Part shown: positions 28,711 to 37,832 of the stretch, in pieces
Position numbering within the stretch: the stretch's first letter is position 1
Layout of the letters: each line of letters begins with the position of its first letter
NCBI GenBank assembly: GCA_035620515.1
Contig: DASPGR010000130.1
Location: 1 to 46,832 of the forward strand
Direction of reading: 5' to 3'
From: Burkholderiales bacterium
GTDB lineage: Bacteria; Pseudomonadota; Gammaproteobacteria; Burkholderiales; SG8-41
Length of the DNA: 46,832 nt
The notes under the pieces: model-generated
The model's input: the letters and a program-made list of their open reading frames with translations, nothing else
What the model was told of the DNA's origin: nothing
Databases searched by the model: none
Made by a program: the position numbers and the translations under genes

Positions 28711-28944
28711 TCAGTGATAAACGACGGGCAGATCGAGCAGCACGCCGAACTCGCCCAGAAACTCGTCGACGTTCTCGACGGTAGCACCCTCGGCCACCAC
28801 TTCCTGCATCGACTGGGCAAACCGCGCCGCCACGTCGCCCTGGAAAAACGTGCCGCGCTGGCTGCGCTTGTCCACGAGCTCGTAGCCGTGCTGGGCGGGG
28901 TACTCCACCACGTAGTAGTTGTCACTGTTGTAGATGACGTTCAT
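28711..28944 (-). CDS. Small conserved hypothetical protein (77 aa), resembling betaproteobacterial DUF3567-type proteins
   Basis: MNVIYNSDNYYVVEYPAQHGYELVDKRSQRGTFFQGDVAARFAQSMQEVVAEG... has non-junk composition and an ATG start. The family name is from memory only. Confidence 0.6.
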   Translation of the reverse strand: MNVIYNSDNYYVVEYPAQHGYELVDKRSQRGTFFQGDVAARFAQSMQEVVAEGATVENVDEFLGEFGVLLDLPVVYH

Positions 28945-28968
28945 GTCGCCGACAGGCCTGTGCCTCAG

Positions 28969-29097
28969 TTAAGTTGCGCAAAAAAACGCGTCATCGTGCC
29001 CGGTGATGCCCAGCTGCTCCAGCGTCAAAACCCTGACGGCCAGTTCCACCAATTCCGTCACGGTTTGTCCGCTCAACCTGTATTTGGGGAGCCGCAT
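28969..29097 (-). CDS. Candidate 42-aa small ORF upstream of the DUF3567-like gene
   Basis: Own translation: MRLPKYRLSGQTVTELVELAVRVLTLEQLGITGHDDAFFCAT*. The third codon position is G/C in 31 of 42 codons, although the local region is visibly less GC-rich. There is no clear Shine-Dalgarno, and the ORF is below the track's length cutoff. Confidence 0.25.
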   Translation of the reverse strand: MRLPKYRLSGQTVTELVELAVRVLTLEQLGITGHDDAFFCAT

Positions 29098-29313
29098 GGC
29101 TTAATTCAAGGCAATGTCCATGCCAGCCTGACGGGCTTGTGACCCTTCACCACGCGGGGCGAAATCCGGTCGTAATCACGAGTTTCGGCGTGAGAACGCT
29201 CACGTACCCGGACAGCAGAACGAACCCGGAGAGCCCGGACGGCCAGAAATCGACGATCAGCGCGGCGGCAGCACGAGCAGGCGTCGTCGCCAGGCAGTCG
29301 GGCGGCGGTTGCT

Positions 29314-30201
29314 TCAGCCGCGGCGGAGCTGGCTCACGGCGACACCGGACAGGATCAACACCAGACCGGCGTACGCGTTGGCGTGCGGCGTTTCGCCCAG
29401 GATTGCAACGCCGAGAAACACGGCGACCACCGGTACGCAATAGTTCACCAGCGACATGAACGTCGGTCCCGCCGAACCGATGAGCTTGATGAAGGCGAGC
29501 GTGGCAATCGCCGTCGGGCCGATACCCATCCATACGACGGCCCAGACCGACGTCGCGCTGGGCGCAAGCGTCCAGGGCTGGTCGACGACGATCGCGATCG
29601 GGAGGCTCACGGCGGCGGCAATGGCGATGATGGCCGCCGAGGCCACCATTACATCGCCTTTCAGCGTCACGCGCACGAGCACGCTCTGGGTTGCATAGCA
29701 AAGGGCCCCGCCCAGCACGGCCAGTTGGGCGAGTACCCGCCCGGCGGACCCGCCGAGCCCCGCAAGCGCCGCCGGTCCCATGAGCACCACGATGCCGGCA
29801 AAGCCGAGGAGGAATCCCAGTGCCCGGTTGCGAGTCAGATGCTCGCCCGTGACCCAGATGTGCGCCATCACCAGGGTTGCGAGCGGCATGATTGCCATGA
29901 GAATGCCCGCAAGCGCGCTGTCGATCGTCTGCTGGCCCCAGCTGATCAGCCAGAACGGCAGGCTGTTGCCGACCACCGCCAGCAGGATGTAGGGAATCCA
30001 CATCCGGTTCGGCCGCGGAAACGGGTGCCCCAGCGCGCGTATCACCGCGATAAGGACCAACGCGCCGACCAGGAGACGCCCGGCGGCGAGTGTCGCGGGC
30101 GGCACCGTCGAGACGCCGATCTTTACGAACATGAAGTTCGAGCCCCACAACGCGACCAGCGTCGCAAGCAGCGCCCAGTCCGCCAGCGTTCGATGCTGCA
30201 T
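29314..30201 (-). CDS. EamA/DMT-family transporter (10 TM)
   Basis: 295 aa with two EamA repeats (WGSNFMFVKIGV..., ...AFIKLIGSAGPTFMSLVNYCVPVVAVFLG). It starts 12 nt after the multicopper oxidase stop. Confidence 0.85.
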   Translation of the reverse strand: MQHRTLADWALLATLVALWGSNFMFVKIGVSTVPPATLAAGRLLVGALVLIAVIRALGHPFPRPNRMWIPYILLAVVGNSLPFWLISWGQQTIDSALAGILMAIMPLATLVMAHIWVTGEHLTRNRALGFLLGFAGIVVLMGPAALAGLGGSAGRVLAQLAVLGGALCYATQSVLVRVTLKGDVMVASAAIIAIAAAVSLPIAIVVDQPWTLAPSATSVWAVVWMGIGPTAIATLAFIKLIGSAGPTFMSLVNYCVPVVAVFLGVAILGETPHANAYAGLVLILSGVAVSQLRRG

Positions 30202-30213
30202 TTCGGGCTGGTA

Positions 30214-31626
30214 CTACACGACGCGGATGAGCGCCATCATGCCGCCCGCCTGGTGCGTGAGGATATGGCAGTGGAACATCCAGTCGCCGGGGTTATCGGC
30301 CACGAACGCGATGTCGACCGCCTCGCGCGGCGCCATCAGCACCGTGTCCGCCCACTCGCGGTGACGCGTCGGGCGCCCGTCGCGCGCGATCACTCGAAAC
30401 ACATGGCCGTGCAGATGGATCGGATGCGGCCACGCCGTCTCGTTGCGCATCGCCAGCACGTGATGGCTGCCCCGATCCAGCGTCAGCATCGGCTCGTGAA
30501 CGTGCTCCTTGACGGCCATGCCGTTGATCGTCCATGCCAGATGGTGCTGTCGCACCAGCGCCGGGAGCGGGATCCGCTCACCTTCGTATTCCGCCTCCCG
30601 CAGCGAGCCCATTGCGCCCCCCTCGAACACGATGGAATGGCGCTGTGCGCGCGCCGCGTCGGGCTCAGGCAGGGGATTGGGCCGCAGACTCACGGATGTG
30701 GAGGGTGCACGACTCCGCAGCGGCTGTGAATCGGTGTACGCGATGGTCATGAGATGCAGCTCGCCTCGAGGGCTCGCATGATCGGTGACGGCATGGCGCG
30801 AGCCCGGCGCCTGCAGGCAGTCGAGCACCAGATCCGCACGCATCCCGGGTGCCAGAACGATGCGGCCGCTTTCAGGCACGTGCGGCTCGACCGCGTGGCC
30901 GTCCAACGCGATCACTCGCGGCTCGTGACCTTCGAAACGCAGCACAAAGATCCGCGCCGCGGCGGTATTGACGAGGCGCAGGCGGATGCGTTCTCCGGAA
31001 CGTACTGAATATTCGCCACCCTTCAAGGTGAAGCGGCCGTTGACGGTGACGGTATTGCCGATCCGCCCGCCGTGCGTCAGGTCGAACAGGCTGTCGAAGT
31101 CCTCGCGCTGGGATGCGTCGCGGTTCAGCCGGAAATCGGACAGCACCCAGACGACATCCCGGTCGACGGTAATGGGATCACGCTCCTCCACGATCACGAC
31201 CCCGTAGAGGCCGCGCGCAACCTGTTCGTAGCTCGCGAGATGGGGGTGATACCAGTAGGTTCCGGCGTCCTGAAGGGGAAACTCGTAGATGAAGTCCTCG
31301 CCGGGGCGGATCGGCGGTTGCGTAACGTCCGGCACGCCGTCCATGGCATTGGGCACCCGCAGGCCGTGCCAGTGAACCGTCGTCGCCACAGGCAGCCGGT
31401 TCGTCACGGCAATGCGCGCGGTCTCGCCCTGCCTGAAGCGCAGCTCCCGGCCCGGTACCGTGCCGTTGTAGCACCACACGCTCGTCGCCGGGTACTCCGG
31501 CGGGGCGATCTGCTGCCGGGACACTTCCGTCATCAGGCGGACTTCTGCCGCGTGCGACGGGCGGCACAGGGGAGCCGCGGCAAGGGCGGCAATCGCTTTG
31601 AGCGCGGTGCGGCGGCCGATTTCCAT
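30214..31626 (-). CDS. Multicopper oxidase with Tat signal
   Basis: MEIGRRTALKAIAALAAAP is a twin-arginine signal. Copper motifs are HWHG, WYHPH, HPIHLHGH and HCHILTHQAGGMM. Confidence 0.9.
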   Translation of the reverse strand: MEIGRRTALKAIAALAAAPLCRPSHAAEVRLMTEVSRQQIAPPEYPATSVWCYNGTVPGRELRFRQGETARIAVTNRLPVATTVHWHGLRVPNAMDGVPDVTQPPIRPGEDFIYEFPLQDAGTYWYHPHLASYEQVARGLYGVVIVEERDPITVDRDVVWVLSDFRLNRDASQREDFDSLFDLTHGGRIGNTVTVNGRFTLKGGEYSVRSGERIRLRLVNTAAARIFVLRFEGHEPRVIALDGHAVEPHVPESGRIVLAPGMRADLVLDCLQAPGSRHAVTDHASPRGELHLMTIAYTDSQPLRSRAPSTSVSLRPNPLPEPDAARAQRHSIVFEGGAMGSLREAEYEGERIPLPALVRQHHLAWTINGMAVKEHVHEPMLTLDRGSHHVLAMRNETAWPHPIHLHGHVFRVIARDGRPTRHREWADTVLMAPREAVDIAFVADNPGDWMFHCHILTHQAGGMMALIRVV

Positions 31627-31674
31627 TTCGAGGGGCAGAGCATATCATCCGGCTTCGTCACGTGAGGTGTCCCG

Positions 31675-32337
31675 ATGCCCGGGAGAATTTTGCTGCCAGC
31701 GGTGTTCGCGTTGTGTGGCGCCGCGGCTGCGTGGCCGGGCCTGACGCAGGAGCCCCGGTTTCCGCCGACGCCCGCGCCCGCCGCCGGCCGCACCTCTGTT
31801 CCGGCAACGGCCATTGCGCCGGGGGAATTGCTCGCCGCGCTGCGCAAAGGCGGTCTCGTCATCTACTTCCGGCACACCTCAACGGACATGTCGCGCAATG
31901 ACTCGCGCTCGCGCAGCGATGACGACTGCGACAACCAGCGGCCGCTGACCGACGTGGGCCGTAACGAAGCGCGGCAGATCGGCGCGGCGTTTCGCGAGCT
32001 CAGGATCCCGGTGCGCGAAGTGCTTGCCAGCCCGCGCTGCCGGACGATGGAGACGGCCATGCTGGCTTTTGGCCGCGCCCAGGGAACGCATGCGGTGCGC
32101 GGTGGCCCCCGGGCCCCGGACAACCCTGACCGCTACGCGGCCCTGCGCCAGCTACTTTCGACACCCGTCGGTACGGATGCCAATCTCGTGATCTCGAGCC
32201 ACGGGAACCCCATTTACGCGGTGGCCGGCGCACCGTATCTGGAGGAAGGCGAAGCCCTTGTCATCAGGCCGCTGGGAAGCGACTTCGAAGTCGTCGCGCG
32301 AGTGCGGTACGACGCGTGGCGCGCGCTGTTACCGTGA
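31675..32337 (+). CDS. Secreted histidine-phosphatase-superfamily protein
   Basis: The signal peptide is MPGRILLPAVFALCGAAAAWP. It has an RH motif (LVIYFRHTSTD) and a later SSHGN. A GAGG Shine-Dalgarno lies 7 nt upstream. Confidence 0.65.
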   Translation: MPGRILLPAVFALCGAAAAWPGLTQEPRFPPTPAPAAGRTSVPATAIAPGELLAALRKGGLVIYFRHTSTDMSRNDSRSRSDDDCDNQRPLTDVGRNEARQIGAAFRELRIPVREVLASPRCRTMETAMLAFGRAQGTHAVRGGPRAPDNPDRYAALRQLLSTPVGTDANLVISSHGNPIYAVAGAPYLEEGEALVIRPLGSDFEVVARVRYDAWRALLP

Positions 32338-32400
32338 TGCGTGACGAGTGATGGGTGATGAGTGATGGGTATCCAACGCAAGGTTGCGATCACCCATCAC
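32334..32400. repeat. Tandem heptamer repeat (GTGATGC GTGACGA GTGATGG GTGATGA GTGATGG) ending in a hairpin (GTGATGGGT...ACCCATCAC)
   Basis: Read directly from the sequence. It lies between convergent stops (32337 + and 32410 -). The first unit contains the TGA stop of the phosphatase gene. Confidence 0.8.
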
Positions 32401-32409
32401 GAACCACCC

Positions 32410-33756
32410 TTAGAGGGCGAAATCGAGGTCGCCCAGACTCTCGAGCTTCTCCGCCCCGGCAAGCTGCGAGAACAGGCGCTCGGCTTTTTCGCGCGAGCGG
32501 TGCGCGGTGAGCCTGAGAAACTTTTCAAGCAGCTCGGCGCGCGTAAGCGGCATCGTCGGCGTACCCTTGAAATCGTGTCCTTCGGCGGTCAGCGACCTGC
32601 CGTTCTTCAGCTTGAGCGTCAGCCGGCACGCCGATGAGGAATAACCCGGCGCCGATTGCAGCAGCTCCACCCGGGCGGTCGCAGCGAGAGCGCGGATCTT
32701 CGGATCGGTGAGGGTTGACTCGGAGAACGTCCGCGGGTCAAGGGGGTCGCGGAACAACGCGATCGCGACGCTGAAGGGCACGCTGTATTGCATCATCGTG
32801 ATGTCACGCGGCTCGTTGATCGCGTGCTGTTTCACCACCTTCTCCCCTCCGGCGACGCTGATTTCGACTACGTCGTCGCCCGTAATCTTGTGTTTTTCCT
32901 TGAGCTCGAGCGCCAGCGTGACCGGCACCTGCGCTGTGGAGTGGCAGGCGTAGCGCTTGATCTTGGTCTTCATCACCTGCCATACGGAGCCCAAGTCCTG
33001 GGTGAGACGCGCCGGCTGCGCGTCCCGGCAGAAGACGTTGAGCACGCCGAACTTTCCATCCAGAACGCCGGCGGGACCGGTATAGCCGTCGCGCGCCAGG
33101 ACCGCCGCCATGAAACCGCCTTCCGCGGCGCGGCCGAGATGAAGGCGCTTGACCATGCCGCCGGTGCTGGAGAATTCCATCAGGCCCGAGCTCAACGAGC
33201 CGGCGATGCCGAAGGCGTTGGCCAGCTTTTTCGCATCCAGATCGAACAGCCTGCCCACCACCACGGCTGTGCCAAAGAGGCCCACGACCCCTGGCGAATG
33301 GAAGCCGACCTTCTCGATCGAGTGGTTCGCCGCATGCCCGATGCGATAGAGCACCTCGAACCCCGCGACGTAAGCGGCGAGCAGGCTCTTGCCGCTCAAC
33401 TTGCGCCCCTGGGCGGGCGCAAGCCCGGGCACGGCGAGCGCAGCGCTGGGGTGGATGCCGACGCTTGGCTCGACCAGGGCATCCAGCTCGAAGGCGTGAG
33501 CAGACGCGCCATTGCAGAGGCAGGCAAACGGCGCGCGCACCTTGACCGGCGTGCCGAACACGCTGCATTCGCCCGGCGCGCTGTTGCGCCGGGCATATTC
33601 GATGACCATCCGGGTCCAGGGCAGCTCGGCGCCGAATACGCACGCCCCTACGGTGTCGATGAGGCAATCCTTCGCGCGCTCGACCACTTCCAGCGGGATG
33701 TCCTCGTACTTCAGGCCGACGGCGAACTCCGCCAGCGCCTGCGATGCGTCGGTCAT
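32410..33756 (-). CDS. MmgE/PrpD-family protein (2-methylcitrate-dehydratase-like)
   Basis: Start at ATG 33756 (MTDASQALAEFAVGLKYEDIP). The family is recognised from typical PrpD N-terminal and central regions (CLIDTVGACVFG, NGASAHAFELD, HSPGVVG). The upstream 33 aa of the ORF are junk. Confidence 0.85.
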   Translation of the reverse strand: MTDASQALAEFAVGLKYEDIPLEVVERAKDCLIDTVGACVFGAELPWTRMVIEYARRNSAPGECSVFGTPVKVRAPFACLCNGASAHAFELDALVEPSVGIHPSAALAVPGLAPAQGRKLSGKSLLAAYVAGFEVLYRIGHAANHSIEKVGFHSPGVVGLFGTAVVVGRLFDLDAKKLANAFGIAGSLSSGLMEFSSTGGMVKRLHLGRAAEGGFMAAVLARDGYTGPAGVLDGKFGVLNVFCRDAQPARLTQDLGSVWQVMKTKIKRYACHSTAQVPVTLALELKEKHKITGDDVVEISVAGGEKVVKQHAINEPRDITMMQYSVPFSVAIALFRDPLDPRTFSESTLTDPKIRALAATARVELLQSAPGYSSSACRLTLKLKNGRSLTAEGHDFKGTPTMPLTRAELLEKFLRLTAHRSREKAERLFSQLAGAEKLESLGDLDFAL

Positions 33757-33824
33757 GGGATTTCTTTCTCGTCCGGAACCGGGATGACCCGCCTTTGGTA
33801 AAATAGCGCCGTCGCTCACTTTGA

Positions 33825-35201
<1,377 letters not shown>

Positions 35202-35202
35202 A

Positions 35203-35330
35203 CCGCCAAGGCCGCCAATACTGAATCGCCAAGACGCCAAGAACTACAAAAACAAAAGATAAACCGCCAAGAAAAAAACTTGAAAATAGATCCAGTCTTG
35301 TTTTTCTTGGCGTGCTTGGCGTCTTGGCGG
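35203..35330. repeat. AT-rich nested palindromic element built from CGCCAAG / CTTGGCG units
   Basis: Five direct CGCCAA(G/T) units lie on the left and three CTTGGCG units on the right. The outer stem pairs 35227-35241 (CGCCAAGACGCCAAG) with 35315-35329. The inner stem pairs 35265-35276 (CGCCAAGAAAAA) with 35301-35312. It fills the purB / Trx-TPR intergenic space. Confidence 0.8.
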
Positions 35331-35349
35331 TTAGATCGGGTTTTCTGCA

Positions 35350-36210
35350 ATGGCTGAACACGTCGTCGAGGTCACCGAAGCGAATTTCCAGCAGGCCGTT
35401 CTGGAGGGATCGAGACGCGCCCCGGTGGTCGTCGACTTCTGGGCGCCGTGGTGCGCACCGTGCCGCGCCCTCGGCCCGATTCTCGAGCGGCTGGCTTCCG
35501 AGTACGCCGGGCGCTTTACGCTGGCGAAAGTGAATTCGGACGAAAGCCCTGCGCTTGCGGCGCAGTTCGGCGTGCGCGGCATCCCCAGTGTCAAGGCCGT
35601 CGTGAACGGCGAGCTCGTCGACGAGTTCACGGGGGCGCTCCCCGAGCCGATGGTGCGGGAGTTCATCGAGCGCATACTGCCCTCTCCCTCGGAAGTGCTG
35701 CGATCGAGGGCCAACGCGCTCTATGCAGCCGAGAAGGATGCGGCAAGAGCGCTCGAGCTTCTCGGGGAAGCCGCCAGGAGCGATCCCGACAACGAGGACG
35801 TGCGATTCGACCAGGCGAGGATACGACTCGATCTCGGAGAGCTCGACGCGGCGCAGGCGCTGCTCGATTCGCTGAGCGGACTCGCCCAGATGGACGAGCG
35901 CGTCACGGCCCTGCGCGCCCGCCTGGATCTGGCCCAGGGCGCGTCGCACGCGGGCGACATGACCTCGCTGCTGGGGCGCATCCAGACGAATCCGGCGGAC
36001 CTCGAGGCGAGGCTGCAGCTCGCCAGCTTGTACGTCGCCGGCAAGCGCCATCGCGAGGCGCTCGATCAACTGCTCGAGATCGTGAAGCGCGACCGGGGCT
36101 TCAAGGACGATGTGGGCCGCCGGACGATGCTGGAAGTCTTCTCCGTGCTCGGGCCGGACGACAAGCTGGTCGAGGAGTACCGGCGGCGGCTGGCAAGCGC
36201 GCTGTACTGA
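35350..36210 (+). CDS. Thioredoxin-domain plus TPR co-chaperone-like protein (YbbN/CnoX architecture) with an intact WCAPC site
   Basis: 286 aa. VVVDFWAPWCAPCRALGPILE marks the Trx fold. The C-terminal helical TPR-like region ends DDVGRRTMLEVFSVLG. Confidence 0.85.
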   Translation: MAEHVVEVTEANFQQAVLEGSRRAPVVVDFWAPWCAPCRALGPILERLASEYAGRFTLAKVNSDESPALAAQFGVRGIPSVKAVVNGELVDEFTGALPEPMVREFIERILPSPSEVLRSRANALYAAEKDAARALELLGEAARSDPDNEDVRFDQARIRLDLGELDAAQALLDSLSGLAQMDERVTALRARLDLAQGASHAGDMTSLLGRIQTNPADLEARLQLASLYVAGKRHREALDQLLEIVKRDRGFKDDVGRRTMLEVFSVLGPDDKLVEEYRRRLASALY

Positions 36211-36220
36211 ACAGGAACCG

Positions 36221-36868
36221 CTACCGCGTCCGCGCGCGGTGCCGCAGGTATTCGACGATGCCCGGGCTGATGGAAAGCAGGATGATGATGACGATCACGA
36301 CGAAGAGATTCTCCCTGACAGCCGGGATGTTTCCGAAATAGTAGCCCGCGTACGTGAGCGACGAGACCCAGACGACGCTGCCGGAGAAGCTGTAGAACAC
36401 GAACTTCGCATAGCGCATGTGGCCGATGCCCGCGACGAACGGGGCGAACGTCCGGACGATGGGAACGAAGCGGGCGAGGAAGACGGTCTTGGCCCCGAAG
36501 CGATCGTAGAAGCGCTGGGTGCGATTGAGGTGCTCGGGATTGAATAGCAGGGAATCGCGCCGGGTAAATACGCGCGGCCCGACGAAACGGCCGATCCAGT
36601 AGTTGGTGTTGTCCCCGAGAAAGGACGCGGTCGCCAGCGTCGCAAAAAGCCCGTGCACGTACATGTCGCCCGCTGCGGCCACGGTCCCGGCGACGAAGAG
36701 GAGAGAGTCGCCCGGCAGGAACGGCGTCAGCACCAGCCCCGTCTCGCAGAAGATCACGAGAAACAGGATCGCGTAGATCCAGGGCCCGTAGTGGGCGACC
36801 AGCCATTGAAGATGCTGATCGAGCCGCAGGATCAGGTCGAGAAGTGTTGCAAAGAGCTCCACCGGCAA
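36221..36868 (-). CDS. DedA-family membrane protein
   Basis: Motifs FCETGLVLTPFLPGDSLLF, GDNTNYWIGRFVG and FLARFVPIVRTFAPFVAG. The start is TTG 36868 or GTG 36862, 6 nt after the secF stop. Confidence 0.85.
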   Translation of the reverse strand: MPVELFATLLDLILRLDQHLQWLVAHYGPWIYAILFLVIFCETGLVLTPFLPGDSLLFVAGTVAAAGDMYVHGLFATLATASFLGDNTNYWIGRFVGPRVFTRRDSLLFNPEHLNRTQRFYDRFGAKTVFLARFVPIVRTFAPFVAGIGHMRYAKFVFYSFSGSVVWVSSLTYAGYYFGNIPAVRENLFVVIVIIILLSISPGIVEYLRHRARTR

Positions 36869-36874
36869 TCAGCG

Positions 36875-37822
36875 TCAGACGACTGCGCCGGTTTCGTCCG
36901 GTTTTCGTGCAGGCTCGGGCCGGGCGAGATCTTCGCGCGAGACGCCCAGGTACATGACGATCGGGCTCGCCACCAGCACCGACGAGTAGATCCCGAAGAG
37001 AATGCCGATCGTCAGCGCGAGCGCGAAGTAGAACAGCGTTTCCCCCCCGAAGATCAGCATCGAGCACACCATGATCTGCGTGGATCCATGCGTGATGATA
37101 GTGCGCGACATGGTGCGCGTGATGGCATGATCCAGTATCTGCGGCACCGTCAGGTTGCGCATCCTGCGGTTGCGGAAGGTCTCGCGCACGCGGTCGAAGA
37201 CGACGACCGACTCGTTGACGGAATAGCCGAGGATCGCCAGTACCGCCGCGAGCACCGGAAGCGAGAACTCCCACTGGAAGAGCGAAAAGAGCCCGACGAT
37301 GATGATGACATCGTGCAGGTTGGCGATGATGGCCGCGACCCCGAATTTCCACTCGAAGCGCAGCCACAGGTAGAGCACGATCCCGATCGAGACGAAGAGC
37401 AGCGCAAGCGCCCCGTTCTCGAACAGCTCGCGGCCGACCTGCGGCCCGACGAACTCGACGCGGCGCATCTCCACCTTCGGGTCGTCCTTCTTCAACTGCT
37501 CCATCACGCGCTCGGAGAGCTGGGCGCTGGTCACGCCTTCCTTCACCGGGAGCCGGATGAGAACGTCGCGCGAGGTGCCGAAGTTCTGCACCGATGCGTC
37601 GGTGAATCCCAGGCGGGCAACAGCCTCGCGGACCTTGTCCAGGTCCGCAGCCTCCGCGTACGCGACCTCCATCACCGTGCCGCCCGTGAAATCCACCCCG
37701 AGATTCAGGCCGCGCGTGGCGAGCGAGCCCACCGCGATGACGAAGGTGACGACGGAGATGATGTTGAAGAGCAGCGCATGGCGCATGAACGGTATGTCAC
37801 GCGAGATGCGGAACCATTCCAT
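36875..37822 (-). CDS. secF: Protein translocase subunit SecF
   Basis: Start at ATG 37822 (MEWFRISRDIPFMRHALLFN) with GVDFTGGT and SVNESVVVFDR. The upstream 54 aa of the ORF are junk. Confidence 0.95.
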   Translation of the reverse strand: MEWFRISRDIPFMRHALLFNIISVVTFVIAVGSLATRGLNLGVDFTGGTVMEVAYAEAADLDKVREAVARLGFTDASVQNFGTSRDVLIRLPVKEGVTSAQLSERVMEQLKKDDPKVEMRRVEFVGPQVGRELFENGALALLFVSIGIVLYLWLRFEWKFGVAAIIANLHDVIIIVGLFSLFQWEFSLPVLAAVLAILGYSVNESVVVFDRVRETFRNRRMRNLTVPQILDHAITRTMSRTIITHGSTQIMVCSMLIFGGETLFYFALALTIGILFGIYSSVLVASPIVMYLGVSREDLARPEPARKPDETGAVV

Positions 37823-37832
37823 GGCGCCTCTC

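Noticed and set aside
29139-29459. Plus-strand ORF of 106 aa starting in the eamA-downstream spacer
   Set aside because: It shares its third-codon positions with the minus-strand frame discussed in the findings. It becomes Arg/Gly/Ser junk once it runs antisense into eamA, and I found no Shine-Dalgarno.
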